Source: an uncultured bacterium (lineage in GTDB: Bacteria; Acidobacteriota; Thermoanaerobaculia; Multivoradales; JAHZIX01). Taken from it: DNA of 64,000 nt. The notes beneath the pieces are model-generated. The model was not told the origin of the DNA, did not search any database, and saw nothing but the letters and a program-made list of their open reading frames with translations. The position numbers and the translations under genes were made by a program. The stretch is taken from the NCBI GenBank assembly GCA_965368975.1, contig CBDUPA010000009.1, positions 128,001 through 192,000 on the forward strand, in the 5' to 3' direction. This document shows, one piece after another, positions 26,708 to 37,676 of the stretch; positions within the stretch are counted from its first letter, which is position 1, and every line of letters starts with the position of its first letter.

Positions 26708-28396
26708 TGCGTCGTCATCCTCGTCTTCGTCGTCCTCATCGTCATAGTCGTCGTAGTCATCGTCGTCATCGAGGTCGTCGTCCTCGTCTTCGTCTTCGTC
26801 GTCATCCTCGTCGTCGTCGAACTCGTCGTCATCGTCGTACTCGTCATCGTCGTACTCATCGTCATCATCGACGTCGTCGTACTCGGCGTGATCGCGTTCA
26901 GCATCATCGGCGGGAGTATCGTCAGCGGCGAGCCCGCCTTCGACGGACTCGTCCTCTCTCGGATCCTCGTAGTCGTCATCGACTCGACGGGGGCGGCGGC
27001 GCGGCTTCACATCGCCACCCGCACCCTCGGCCTCGCGCTGGGTCTCTTCACCCTTCTGGTCGGCAGGCCGGATCGACAGGCGCTTGAGATAGCCCTTGCC
27101 CATGCTCTCCGTATAGACGTCCGGGTTGTCGGCCAGTGCCAGGTGGACGATGCGCCTTTCGGCGGGGTTGAGCCAGTCGAGGGTGACTGGGCGGCCCTTG
27201 CTGATGACCTGCCGCGCGGTGCGCTCCGCCAGGTCGCCCAATTCCTGCTCGCGCATCTCGTGGAACCCGTCGCAGTCGACGCGGCAGGGCACCAGCTCTC
27301 CGCCCAGCGAGCGGATCATCTTCGGCATGAGGTGCTCCATCGCGAACAGACCCTTGCCGTAGTGGCGCAGCAGCAACTTGGTATCCCGGCCCTCGAGGTC
27401 GATCTCGATCCTGTCGGCGGTCTGGTAGACCTTGCCCCAGGCGTCGATGCGCATCAGGTCGAGTAGGCAATCGAGTGCCTGGCGTGCGAACTCCGCCAGT
27501 TCACTCTGCGACTCCGGCTCCTCGCGATACCGCCGCCGCGGCGCAACGCGCCGCCCACGATCACCGCCTCGACCGCGATTACCGCCGCGCCCGCGATCAC
27601 CGCCACGTCCGCCGCTGGGCTTCGGCCCACGGCCTCGCTCCTCAGAACCACGCCCGCCTGCAGCTCGCTGCCCCTCAGCACCCTGCTTGCCCCCGTCACG
27701 ACTACCGGACGCTGGCCGGCCGCCACGGCCGCGGCCACCGCGACCTCCACCACCGCTGGAGCGCTCATCGCCGGAACCGCGACTCTCCGCGCGACCGCCT
27801 TCAGCTCGCGCGTCACCAGACAGCTGCTTGCCCCCCTGCTCACCCACCGCTCCTTCAGCTGGCTTCCGATCCCGACCACCGCGGCCACCACGGCCTCGGC
27901 GACCGCGTCCTCTGCCGCCCGGCCCTCTGGAGCGCTCGCCAGAGTCTGCCGGGCTGGCGGCTCCGATCTCTCCGGCAGGTTCGTCGCTCGTGGCGCTTTC
28001 GGACGTCGCTCTGTCTGTATGGGCCTTTGGCTCAGTACGGGTCTTTGGCTCAGTACGGGCCCTTGGCTCAGTACGGGCCTGCGGTTCCGTGCGCGGCGTT
28101 GGTACCGTGCGCGGCTTTGGCTCCGCCTCAGGCATCACCTCCGCCGGCCGCTTCGGCGGGGAAGCGGGGGCCGGCAACGACGAGATCGTCGGCGCCGGCA
28201 GCGGACCCGCGGGGGCCTCCAGCCGCGGGTCATCCGCATCGACCTCGATCAAGAACCGCTTGCGCGAGTTGACGAAGCCGTGCCGCTTCTCAACGGGCTG
28301 ATACTTCACTTCCTCGGGCTTGAGATCAAACTCCTTCGCCGCGGCCATCAAGGCCACGCCCAGAGTGTTGCCCGAAAAAAATCGACGCTTGCTCAT
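26696..28396 (-). CDS. jag: Jag/KhpB (EloR) RNA-binding protein with long low-complexity linker and acidic tail
   Basis: Jag_N-like start; R3H motif LNPAERRIVHLAL...TESMGKG; follows yidC. Confidence 0.88.
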   Translation of the reverse strand: MSKRRFFSGNTLGVALMAAAKEFDLKPEEVKYQPVEKRHGFVNSRKRFLIEVDADDPRLEAPAGPLPAPTISSLPAPASPPKRPAEVMPEAEPKPRTVPTPRTEPQARTEPRARTEPKTRTEPKAHTDRATSESATSDEPAGEIGAASPADSGERSRGPGGRGRGRRGRGGRGGRDRKPAEGAVGEQGGKQLSGDARAEGGRAESRGSGDERSSGGGGRGGRGRGGRPASGSRDGGKQGAEGQRAAGGRGSEERGRGPKPSGGRGGDRGRGGNRGRGGDRGRRVAPRRRYREEPESQSELAEFARQALDCLLDLMRIDAWGKVYQTADRIEIDLEGRDTKLLLRHYGKGLFAMEHLMPKMIRSLGGELVPCRVDCDGFHEMREQELGDLAERTARQVISKGRPVTLDWLNPAERRIVHLALADNPDVYTESMGKGYLKRLSIRPADQKGEETQREAEGAGGDVKPRRRPRRVDDDYEDPREDESVEGGLAADDTPADDAERDHAEYDDVDDDDEYDDDEYDDDDEFDDDEDDDEDEDEDDDLDDDDDYDDYDDEDDEDEDDDARFT

Positions 28397-30231
28397 GACT
28401 TCCCCTTCCCGGCGCGCTTACCTCGCGAGCCCTTACCGTCGGACACCTTGTCCGTAGACTTCTTACCCTTGCCTCCACCCTTGTCGTCGCCGCCCGATCG
28501 CCGCTCGCGCCAGCCGCGGTAGAACCACTGCTGCACGATCGTCACCACGTTGCTAGTCAGCCAGTACAGCACCAGGCCACTGGCGAAGTTCAGGAAGACA
28601 AACGTCAAGATGAAGGGCAGCAACAAGAACAGACGCCGCTGCATCGGATCACCGCCCATGGGCATCATCAGCTGCTGCAGCAGTTGCGTACCACCCATGA
28701 TGATCGGCAAAAGATACACGGGATCCGGAACCGCCAGGTCTTGAATCCAGAATATCCATGGTGCGTTGCGCAGCTCGATAGCGCCGCTCAGCAGGTAGTA
28801 GAACGCCAGGAAGACGGGGAACTGGGCGAGCATCGGCAAGCAACCACTCACAGGATTCGTGCCGGCTTCGCGGTAGACCGCCATCACCTCGTCGTTCATC
28901 TTGCGTTGGGCTTCCATGTTCGGTCGCCCCTGCTTGTCGCGCAGCTTGCCCTTGTACTTGTGGCGTACCGCCTGCACCTTCGGGTTCAGCTCTTGCATCA
29001 CCTGCATGTGCACCATCGAGCGATGGGTCAGTGGCAGCAGGCCCAGCCGGATCAGGATCGTCATGATGACGATGGCCCAACCGTAGTTGTGTCCACTCCA
29101 GTTCTCGTACACCCAGCGCAGGCCGAGCTGCAGCGGCCGCGCCAGCCAGGGGAACCAGCCAAAGTCGACGGTCGTCTCCAAGCCATAGGGGAGGGCAGAC
29201 AGCCGCTGGTAGTTCTTGCCGCCCCAGAAGGCGGTGAACTGCATGCGCTCTCCGCGACCCCGCACCACCATGCCCAGTTCGCGCGACAGGGCACGAAGCT
29301 CGTCGGTCATCTCCTCCTCGACCGGCTCCAGGACGAAGCGATCCAGGCCTTCTTCTTCATCACTCGTCTGCACTCGATAGGGCTCGAGCGTGATCTCGGA
29401 GATACCCTGGCGCGGGATCACGGCGTTCAGGAAGTAGGTGTCGTCGAGCGCGACCCAGTCCAGCTGCGACGCTGGCAGCGCCGTCGGATCCGCCTTCTTC
29501 GCGTTCAGTACTTCCTTGTCACCGGCCAGTCGATACACCGCTCCGTGCCGGAAGCGCGTGTTCTTCAGCTCCTCAACGGTCGGCTTCCGGATGCCCGGGC
29601 CGACCAGCAGAGCCCAGTCACTCAAGCCTGCGGCGGTGACGTCGACCTCGAGAGTGCCATCATCGCGGAAGGTGTAGAGCTTGCGTACCCGGCCCTCGGG
29701 ACCGCTGTAATCGAAGGTCAGCGTCTGCCCCCCCTCGACCGAGGACTCCAGCGCATGGACGAAGAGCTGGTCGTCGACGGAAAGCTGCTCATGCGTCAGC
29801 GGATCGATCAAGGCATAGGTGTAGGGAGCCGCAGTGTGCGGATGCACCAGCTCCAGAAGCTCACCTTCGCCACCCTCGTGTCGGGCCAGGCGTAGGGAGA
29901 CGAGTTGACCACCACGGTTGCTGAACTCCGCGCGCCAGGACTCGGTCTCCACCGCGACCAGCGCTTCGCTGTCAGCTTGCAGCAGGACCGGTGCGACAGC
30001 GGCCGTCTCGCCTCCTGCCGCGTCCGGCACGGCCTCGGCTTCGCTCCCGGCTTCCTCAGAAGCCGCGGGTTCCGAGGTAAAGCCCGCTGGCAGCTGCGGC
30101 TCCAGCGCGTCCTCGACGGCCGGTCCGACCGGTTCCTCCACCGGAGGCTGCGGAGGGTACAAGACCCCGTACCAGAGAAAGATGAAGGCCCACGAAATCA
30201 GGATGGCGAAAATCAGCCGGCGAGTATCCAC
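28393..30231 (-). CDS. yidC: Membrane protein insertase YidC
   Basis: NYGWAIVIMTILIR, MQELNPK, GCLPMLAQFPVF, ELRNAPWIFWIQDL, GLVLYWLTSN. Confidence 0.97.
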   Translation of the reverse strand: MDTRRLIFAILISWAFIFLWYGVLYPPQPPVEEPVGPAVEDALEPQLPAGFTSEPAASEEAGSEAEAVPDAAGGETAAVAPVLLQADSEALVAVETESWRAEFSNRGGQLVSLRLARHEGGEGELLELVHPHTAAPYTYALIDPLTHEQLSVDDQLFVHALESSVEGGQTLTFDYSGPEGRVRKLYTFRDDGTLEVDVTAAGLSDWALLVGPGIRKPTVEELKNTRFRHGAVYRLAGDKEVLNAKKADPTALPASQLDWVALDDTYFLNAVIPRQGISEITLEPYRVQTSDEEEGLDRFVLEPVEEEMTDELRALSRELGMVVRGRGERMQFTAFWGGKNYQRLSALPYGLETTVDFGWFPWLARPLQLGLRWVYENWSGHNYGWAIVIMTILIRLGLLPLTHRSMVHMQVMQELNPKVQAVRHKYKGKLRDKQGRPNMEAQRKMNDEVMAVYREAGTNPVSGCLPMLAQFPVFLAFYYLLSGAIELRNAPWIFWIQDLAVPDPVYLLPIIMGGTQLLQQLMMPMGGDPMQRRLFLLLPFILTFVFLNFASGLVLYWLTSNVVTIVQQWFYRGWRERRSGGDDKGGGKGKKSTDKVSDGKGSRGKRAGKGKS

Positions 30232-30298
30232 GAATCTGGCTTCCTTCCTTGCGGGGGTTCTTTCGAACAGAAATGGGTGTTCGCGCCGCGGATCGTCT

Positions 30299-30505
30299 CT
30301 ACGGTACGTCGATACCCCCCGGGAACGGGGGCTGACACCGCAAAAGCCGACGAGCTGCGAGTAGTGTGCCGCGGCCAGCGCCGTACTTGAGAATCGCCAG
30401 GCGAGCGTATTCGGAGCAGGTGGGGGAGTAGCGGCAGGCCCGAGGTAGGAGCGGCGACAGCCATCGCTTGTACAGGACGAACAGACCGGCCAGCAAGCGC
30501 TTCAC
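30299..30505 (-). CDS. yidD: Membrane protein insertion efficiency factor YidD
   Basis: YKRWLSP...CRYSPTCSEYA...RLLRCQP..PGGID. Confidence 0.95.
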   Translation of the reverse strand: MKRLLAGLFVLYKRWLSPLLPRACRYSPTCSEYARLAILKYGAGRGTLLAARRLLRCQPPFPGGIDVP

Positions 30506-30544
30506 CGTAGCTTCCTCACGGTACCTTCCTCACGGTAGCTTTCT
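30503..30544. repeat. 14-bp tandem repeat (3 copies) containing an RBS-like sequence and GTG of yidD
   Basis: Minus strand: AGAAAGCTACCGTG AGGAAGGTACCGTG AGGAAGCTACGGTG. Confidence 0.8.
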
Positions 30545-30550
30545 CGACGA

Positions 30551-30994
30551 TCATCCGTTTCGAGGATAGCTGCGACCGCCAGCGGCGCGGTCGTCGCGGG
30601 AGCGGGGATGCCCTTGCCGCTGCGATCCGAGCAGCCAGCCTAGAGCTCCGAGCAGCTCTAGACGAAGTTCGTCGAAGTCCAATTCGCCGACACCCGGCTT
30701 GAGGTGGATCACCAGATCGCGCGCCGGCAGCCGGGCGCGTCGTGCCCAGCGCCGGTAGACCTCACGGATCCGCCGCTTGAGCCGCTGCCGAGCGACAGCC
30801 TTGCCCACCTTGCGGCTGGCGGTGATGCCGAGACGCGGATGCCCGAGCGAATTGTCGATGAAGTGGAGCACCAGATGGGCGGCGTGCCGACGGCGACCGA
30901 AACGGTAACACCGCTGGTAGTCCGCGCGCCTCCGGAGCCGCTCCTCGCGCCGCAGGCGCTCGTCACGCGGTCCAGGCCGGAGAGGATCCGGCAT
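30551..30994 (-). CDS. rnpA: Ribonuclease P protein component
   Basis: RLGITASRKVGKAVARQRLKRRIREVYR. Confidence 0.95.
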   Translation of the reverse strand: MPDPLRPGPRDERLRREERLRRRADYQRCYRFGRRRHAAHLVLHFIDNSLGHPRLGITASRKVGKAVARQRLKRRIREVYRRWARRARLPARDLVIHLKPGVGELDFDELRLELLGALGWLLGSQRQGHPRSRDDRAAGGRSYPRNG

Positions 30995-31047
30995 CGTGCC
31001 TCGTCATAGCGTGGTTGCTCGGGACAGGTTGGCTCGAAACGACTCGC

Positions 31048-31182
31048 TCAGGCGCTGAGACGCTTACGGCCCTTGGCGCGGCGGCGGCGAAGAATGGCAC
31101 GGCCGGCACGCGTGCGCATGCGTTCCCGGAAGCCATGCTTCTTCTTACGGCGGCGGTTGTTGGGCTGAAATGTTCTTTTCAC
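31048..31182 (-). CDS. rpmH: 50S ribosomal protein L34
   Basis: (M)[43 protein letters not shown]; GTG start. Confidence 0.98.
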   Translation of the reverse strand: MKRTFQPNNRRRKKKHGFRERMRTRAGRAILRRRRAKGRKRLSA

Positions 31183-31296
31183 GGCTCTCGATTCCTTGGT
31201 TCTTGACGAGTGTATGCAAATCCGGCCACACACGATGGTGGCTCGGGGTCTGGCGGTTTCGAGTCTGGCAGCTGTAGATCTTGGCAGTCGGAAGAT

Positions 31297-31386
31297 TGGC
31301 GGAGAGGGTGGGATTCGAACCCACGGACCGGTTGCCCGGTCAACGGTTTTCGAGACCGCCCCATTCGACCACTCTGGCACCTCTCC
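31297..31386 (-). tRNA. tRNA-Ser(CGA)
   Basis: GGAGAGG acceptor stem, anticodon arm GCGGT-CT-CGA-AA-ACCGT, long variable arm, GGTTCGAATCC, 3' CCA. Confidence 0.96.
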
Positions 31387-31416
31387 GTACTCGGACTCTT
31401 CTTCCGAACTGGATCA

Positions 31417-31509
<93 letters not shown>

Positions 31510-31570
31510 TCAAATTGTCAATCGGCACCGGCGTCTGCCGCTCTTGTCTCGCACCCGCTGCGATTCTTGT

Positions 31571-32056
31571 CTAGTTGTTCTGACTCGGGCGCCGACGCAG
31601 AGCGGCGAAGAACGCTTTCAATTGTGCCTCACATTCCGTCTGCAGCACCCCGGCGGTGACCTCCATCCTGTGATTGAGCCGAGAATCTTGCACCAGATTG
31701 CCCAGCGTGCCGCAGAACCCGCCTTTGGGGTCCGGCGTGCCGTACACCACGCGCTCGATTCGGCTGTTGACGCAGGCACCCGCACACATCGCGCAGGGTT
31801 CCAACGTCACGAACAGAATGCAGTCAAGGAGCCGCCATCCACCCACCACCCGCGCCGCCTGCCGGATCGCCAGCAACTCGGCATGGGCCAGGGGGTCTCG
31901 ATCCATCTCGCGCCGGTTGTGCGCGCGGGCGATGATCTCGCCTTGACGCACGATGACGCAACCGATGGGAACCTCCCCCTGCTCCGCAGCACGTCGAGCC
32001 TCGACCAGGGCCTCGCGCATCCAACGCTGATCGTCGTTCATGGTGACGTCGCTCAT
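31571..32056 (-). CDS. tadA: tRNA adenosine(34) deaminase TadA
   Basis: GEVPIG, AHAE, TLEPCAMCAGA, DPKGG. Confidence 0.96.
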   Translation of the reverse strand: MSDVTMNDDQRWMREALVEARRAAEQGEVPIGCVIVRQGEIIARAHNRREMDRDPLAHAELLAIRQAARVVGGWRLLDCILFVTLEPCAMCAGACVNSRIERVVYGTPDPKGGFCGTLGNLVQDSRLNHRMEVTAGVLQTECEAQLKAFFAALRRRPSQNN

Positions 32057-32192
32057 CGTGGCGTACGCAAGACACAGCGGCAGAACCCGCCGCGCGCTAA
32101 CGGAACGCGCATTCTAACCGAAGGGCCCGGCGGTCGTAAACCTCGAGTTGTCCAATCTAGCCAGCGCAGAGCCCTCATTGCGGCCCTCGCGC

Positions 32193-34907
32193 TCAGAATT
32201 CATACGTCAGCCGCGTGTAGTAGTGACCACCGTTGAAACCGAAGGGCGCCGTCCTCCGCGGATACACGAAGATACCGTTGAACGATAGGTCGTCGCGGTT
32301 CTCGTCCGGGTAGACGTCGAACACGTTGTTGGCGCCGACGGACAGCCCGAGGCCGTTGCCCAGGTCGTAGGAGAGGTCGAAGTCGGTCAACCACTTGCCC
32401 GTCGAGACCATGTCGCGGCTGGGGTCCGACGCCACCTCGACCGTCTTGACCGCACCAAACTTGTTGAAGCGCAGCAGGGCAGAGAAGCGGTCGACACTCA
32501 GCTTGGCCGTCAGATTGTACAGCTCCCGCGGCTGCGCGCTCTCCATCCGCTCGCGCTCGATACGATCGAACAATCTCTCGCCCAGACCGGCCAACACCGG
32601 TGGTGTCCGTACCGTGCCCACGACCTCCGTCTGGTTCCAGTTGGCAGCACCCGTCAGCGACAGCGTCGCGCGCGGTCCGACCGCGCGTGCCCAGGAGATC
32701 ACCAGGTCGACACCCTCGGTCTCCGTATCCACCGCGTTGGTAAAGAACTGCGCCGCACTCACGCCCAGCGGGCCGAGCACATCCTGGATCGGGCCACCCC
32801 CCGCCTCGGCGCGGAACTGCCCGGAGACGACGATACGATCATCGATCTCGATACGGAAAAAGTCCGCCGTGACCGACACATTCCGCGACGGTCGCCAGGT
32901 GAAGCCGGCGGAGTAGTTGGTCGAGGTCTCTTCCTTCAGCGCCGGAACGCCAAAGCCTTGCGCCACGGCACTGTCGTTGCGGAAGGTCCCCACTTCGAAA
33001 GGAACCAGTTCGCCGCTCGTCTCGTCGAAGACGAACTGCGTCGAGGTGTTGTTGAAGTAAGCCTGATGCAGGGACGGAGCGCGGAAGCCAGTGCTCAACG
33101 AGCCACGCAGAGCAAAGTCGTCGCTCAACTCCTGGCGGACCGCCACTTTGCCGCTGACGTTGTCACCAAAGTCATCGTAGTCCTCGTAGCGAGCAGCAAT
33201 CGCGACCAGGGTGCGATCAGAGAGGTTGAACTCCAGATCGCCGTAGATGCCGACATTGTCGCGCGACTCGTCGACCTCGTTGCTCGGGCGAAATCCCGGG
33301 AACACCTGAATGCCCGGAGCCGCCACACCACCGTACTGGTCCGGCACCCCGCCATCGATCCACGACGCCTCTTCTCCCGCCTCGATCTCGTAGTTGTCTC
33401 GGCGCCACTCGACGCCAAAGGCGACATTGACCGGCGAGCGTAGGCCCCAATCGACCGTGCCGAAGACGTCCACGTTGAAGCTCGTCTGCTGGAAGTTCAG
33501 CGTCCCGGCTTCCGCCTCCGTCGGGCTGCCGACTCCAAGAGACACATTATTGGAGTTTGTAATGTCGAAAGCAAAGCTGTTGTCTCCATGCGTCAGACTC
33601 GCATCGACGGACCAACGACGGAAGATCTTGCGCAGACCGACGCTCAACGACGCATCGTCGACCTCAGTGTTGATCAGCGGCAGGAAACCATCTGGATGGA
33701 TCTCGGGCACGGTACGCGCGTCGAGAGCACGGCGATAGAAGCCGCCGGACTCGCCCTCACGCTGCGAAATGCCCCCAAAGAAGTAGGCGTCGGTGCTGTC
33801 ATTGATCGGCACCAGCGAGTTCGCGAAAAGGTAGAGGTTCTCCGATTCGGCATCGCCGTAGCGATGATTGAGCCGGTCGAACGTCGCCTCCCGCGGGTCC
33901 GGCGAGCCATCAGGCAGCAGGTTGTACTGCTGGCGCGGATCTGGACCTGCACGATTCGTCAGACCGCGGTCCCGATACTCGGCGGTCAGGTTGAAGTAGC
34001 CGCGGTCCCCGATCGTCCACCCCTTGTTGGCACTGACCTGCACGACCTCGCCGTCCCCCTCGAACTGCTCTCCCAGGCTGACGCCCACCCGCGTCTTCTC
34101 GGTAGCGCCCTTGAGCACGATGTTGATGACACCCGCAATGGCGTCCGAACCGTATTGCGCCGCCGCCCCGTCGCGCAGGATCTCCACGCGTTCAATGGCA
34201 CTGGCCGGAATGGCGTTCAGATCGACGCCAGCGGTGCCGCGTCCGACCGAACCGTTGACGTGCACCAACGCACTGGTGTGGCGTCGCTTGCCATTGATCA
34301 GCACCAACGTCTGATCCGGGCCCAAGCCTCGCAGGGTCGAGGGCCGCACGATATCGGTGCCGTCGCTGATGGTCGACGTCGAGTGGTTGAACGAGGGTGC
34401 GAGGAACTGGATCTGCCGGCTCGTTTCCGTCAGGCCGCCGGCCGACAGATCTTCGCTGCTCAGCACGTCGACAGGTACCGGCGTTTCGAGCGTCGTGCGT
34501 GCGGCGCGGGAACCGACCACGATCAGCTCCTCGCCGAAGCTGGCCAAGGCCGGCTGGAGAGCAAAGTCCACCGTCGTCGCGTCTCCGGCCTCTACCGTGA
34601 CCCTCTTCTCTTGCAACTCGAAGCCGGGCGCCGTGGCCAGGACAAGATAGCTCCCCGGCGGAACACTCACGCGATACCCACCCGTACCGTTGGCTCGGGC
34701 TTCGCGCTGGACTTCCACCACCAAGATCGTTGCACCCGCCACGGCGGTGCCGTCCTCCGCGTTCGTCACTGTTCCCGCCAAGGTCGCCGCCTCCGCCTGC
34801 AGCTCGCTCGCGCTGACCAACGCGGTCCAAAGGCCCACAACCACCAGCAACGCCGTCCACGCTCGACTCATTCGCACTCTTCTCATCGCTCTCTCCTCTC
34901 GAAACAC
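32193..34907 (-). CDS. TonB-dependent receptor
   Basis: Signal peptide, carboxypeptidase-regulatory-like N-domain, plug LRGLGPDQTLVLINGKRRH, ERVEILRDGAAAQYGSDAIAGVINI, C-terminal F. Confidence 0.95.
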   Translation of the reverse strand: MFREERAMRRVRMSRAWTALLVVVGLWTALVSASELQAEAATLAGTVTNAEDGTAVAGATILVVEVQREARANGTGGYRVSVPPGSYLVLATAPGFELQEKRVTVEAGDATTVDFALQPALASFGEELIVVGSRAARTTLETPVPVDVLSSEDLSAGGLTETSRQIQFLAPSFNHSTSTISDGTDIVRPSTLRGLGPDQTLVLINGKRRHTSALVHVNGSVGRGTAGVDLNAIPASAIERVEILRDGAAAQYGSDAIAGVINIVLKGATEKTRVGVSLGEQFEGDGEVVQVSANKGWTIGDRGYFNLTAEYRDRGLTNRAGPDPRQQYNLLPDGSPDPREATFDRLNHRYGDAESENLYLFANSLVPINDSTDAYFFGGISQREGESGGFYRRALDARTVPEIHPDGFLPLINTEVDDASLSVGLRKIFRRWSVDASLTHGDNSFAFDITNSNNVSLGVGSPTEAEAGTLNFQQTSFNVDVFGTVDWGLRSPVNVAFGVEWRRDNYEIEAGEEASWIDGGVPDQYGGVAAPGIQVFPGFRPSNEVDESRDNVGIYGDLEFNLSDRTLVAIAARYEDYDDFGDNVSGKVAVRQELSDDFALRGSLSTGFRAPSLHQAYFNNTSTQFVFDETSGELVPFEVGTFRNDSAVAQGFGVPALKEETSTNYSAGFTWRPSRNVSVTADFFRIEIDDRIVVSGQFRAEAGGGPIQDVLGPLGVSAAQFFTNAVDTETEGVDLVISWARAVGPRATLSLTGAANWNQTEVVGTVRTPPVLAGLGERLFDRIERERMESAQPRELYNLTAKLSVDRFSALLRFNKFGAVKTVEVASDPSRDMVSTGKWLTDFDLSYDLGNGLGLSVGANNVFDVYPDENRDDLSFNGIFVYPRRTAPFGFNGGHYYTRLTYEF

Positions 34908-35011
34908 CTTGGCTCATCGAACCTGATCAGTATGAAGAGGCAACAACCTCCAAGCAAGCCCGCGCAGGCCCGCCGCGCCTCACAGACAGACTTCGATATG
35001 CTCGCCGCGCC

Positions 35012-35512
35012 ATGGACACAAGTACTACCGCCCACCACGGTCTCGACGCCCGCCCGAGTGACGTGCGCAAAACCCTACCGCGCGCCCTGGACCTCTGCTC
35101 CGCGCGCTGGGAGCCAGCCGAGAAGTCCGACTTGCCGCCGGACGCCGCCTGGGCCGGTCGCCTCCGCCTCCCCGTCAGTGCCGGCCTGCGCCACGGCGAA
35201 CTCACCGGCACTTTGGTCGCAACCGGGAAAGACGGCGGCTGCAGCCTCGAGTTGCACGTCGAGGACAGTCACTATCGGGTGCACCGACCAGCACTCATGC
35301 TGCTGCTGATCGCGGGACTCGGTGCTGTCATCCTGCTGCTCGCACCGATCCTCATGATCTTCTGGCCCCCCTTCCTCAACGCCGTACCCCTCGGAATCGT
35401 CCTGGCGCTGGGAGGTTGGTTCCTCGTGGTCTCGCGCCTACGCACCTTCCAGGCCGCAGACTTCCTCAAGCTGCTCGAAGATCTGACGGCGGGCAAAGAC
35501 CCGGACGGCTAG
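35012..35512 (+). CDS. Hypothetical membrane protein
   Basis: 166-aa ORF with two C-terminal hydrophobic helices. Confidence 0.65.
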   Translation: MDTSTTAHHGLDARPSDVRKTLPRALDLCSARWEPAEKSDLPPDAAWAGRLRLPVSAGLRHGELTGTLVATGKDGGCSLELHVEDSHYRVHRPALMLLLIAGLGAVILLLAPILMIFWPPFLNAVPLGIVLALGGWFLVVSRLRTFQAADFLKLLEDLTAGKDPDG

Positions 35513-35576
35513 CGTCCAGCCGGAATCGCCGAGGAATACTGGTCACGGGTTCCGTGTTACTCTAGATATGGACCCT

Positions 35577-35930
35577 GGGGGCGTACATGGCTTCGACGGG
35601 AAACGAAGACGACTCCGGGGGCTGCGTGTCGAGCATCCGCTCGTAAAACGGCTAACATACCTGCCAACGATAACTACGCTCTCGCGGCTTGACCGCGACG
35701 TCCCTCCAGCACGCCCTGATCTACGGCAGCTGGTACGGGCGACGCTAAAGTAGATCACTCGACGGCCAAGGTCTCGTGAGGTCGTCGCAGTATTCACCGA
35801 GGCTGGCTGGGACTCAAGGTGGCTTCCACCGGCGCCGTTCCGGCGAGATTTAGCGAAGCGAAGATACACACGTAGATGCCCCTAAAGGCGTGTTTCTCGG
35901 ACGCGGGTTCGACTCCCGCCGCCTCCACCA
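35577..35930 (+). ncRNA. ssrA: tmRNA
   Basis: 5' GGGGGCG...TTCGACGGG, 3' GGTTCGACTCCCGCCGCCTCCACCA; tag reading frame ANDNYALAA-stop. Confidence 0.96.
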
Positions 35931-35958
35931 ATCTCTCTCCCGACCGACCTCTCAGCGG

Positions 35959-37071
<1,113 letters not shown>

Positions 37072-37173
37072 GGTCCGGCCCTCGGGATCGAGCGCGGAAC
37101 CCGATCTTCCGCGCCCAAGATTTCGCTTGTCCTGCGTCGACACTCAAGCGTCGACGCTCAGAAATGCACGCCG

Positions 37174-37560
37174 TCAGAAATCTACACTGTCCGGATCGAT
37201 GCCGCCGGGCACTTCTTCTTCTTCGTCCTCGGACACCCCGGCACTCTTGTCGAGACACTCGTGGACCCACTGAAGGAAGCTGCGGTCACCGTGCTGGATC
37301 TGGAACGCCAGAATCTCAGGCAGGTCGTAGCTGTGGAATTCGCGGATCGTCTCGTTGACCTCAGTGAACTCGGCCTCGCTCGTCTTGATCACCAGCATCA
37401 ACTCGCCATCGCTGCAGATCTTGCCCTGCCAGCGATAAATAGACCGGACGCCCGGAATGATGTTGACGCAGGCGGCCTGTCGCCTACACAACAGCTCGCG
37501 GGCGATCAGATTCGCCTGGTCTTCGGTGCCGACTGTCGTGACTACGGTGATCGCGCTCAT
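37174..37560 (-). CDS. cutA: Divalent-cation tolerance protein CutA
   Basis: AACVNIIPGVRSIYRWQG, HSYDLPE. Confidence 0.93.
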   Translation of the reverse strand: MSAITVVTTVGTEDQANLIARELLCRRQAACVNIIPGVRSIYRWQGKICSDGELMLVIKTSEAEFTEVNETIREFHSYDLPEILAFQIQHGDRSFLQWVHECLDKSAGVSEDEEEEVPGGIDPDSVDF

Positions 37561-37676
37561 GGCGGCGCGACCTTACTGCACAGACTGCCCTGAGTCAATC
37601 TCCAAGCCCCCCGTGGCCGCCCCGCCAGCCCACCGCTCTGGCCCACAGGCACTGCTTTCGGGTACATTCAACACCT

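Noticed and set aside
26700-26890. (TCG/TCA)n-like repeats as a CRISPR array or microsatellite locus
   Set aside because: They are Asp/Glu codons of the Jag acidic tail; there is no repeat-spacer structure.
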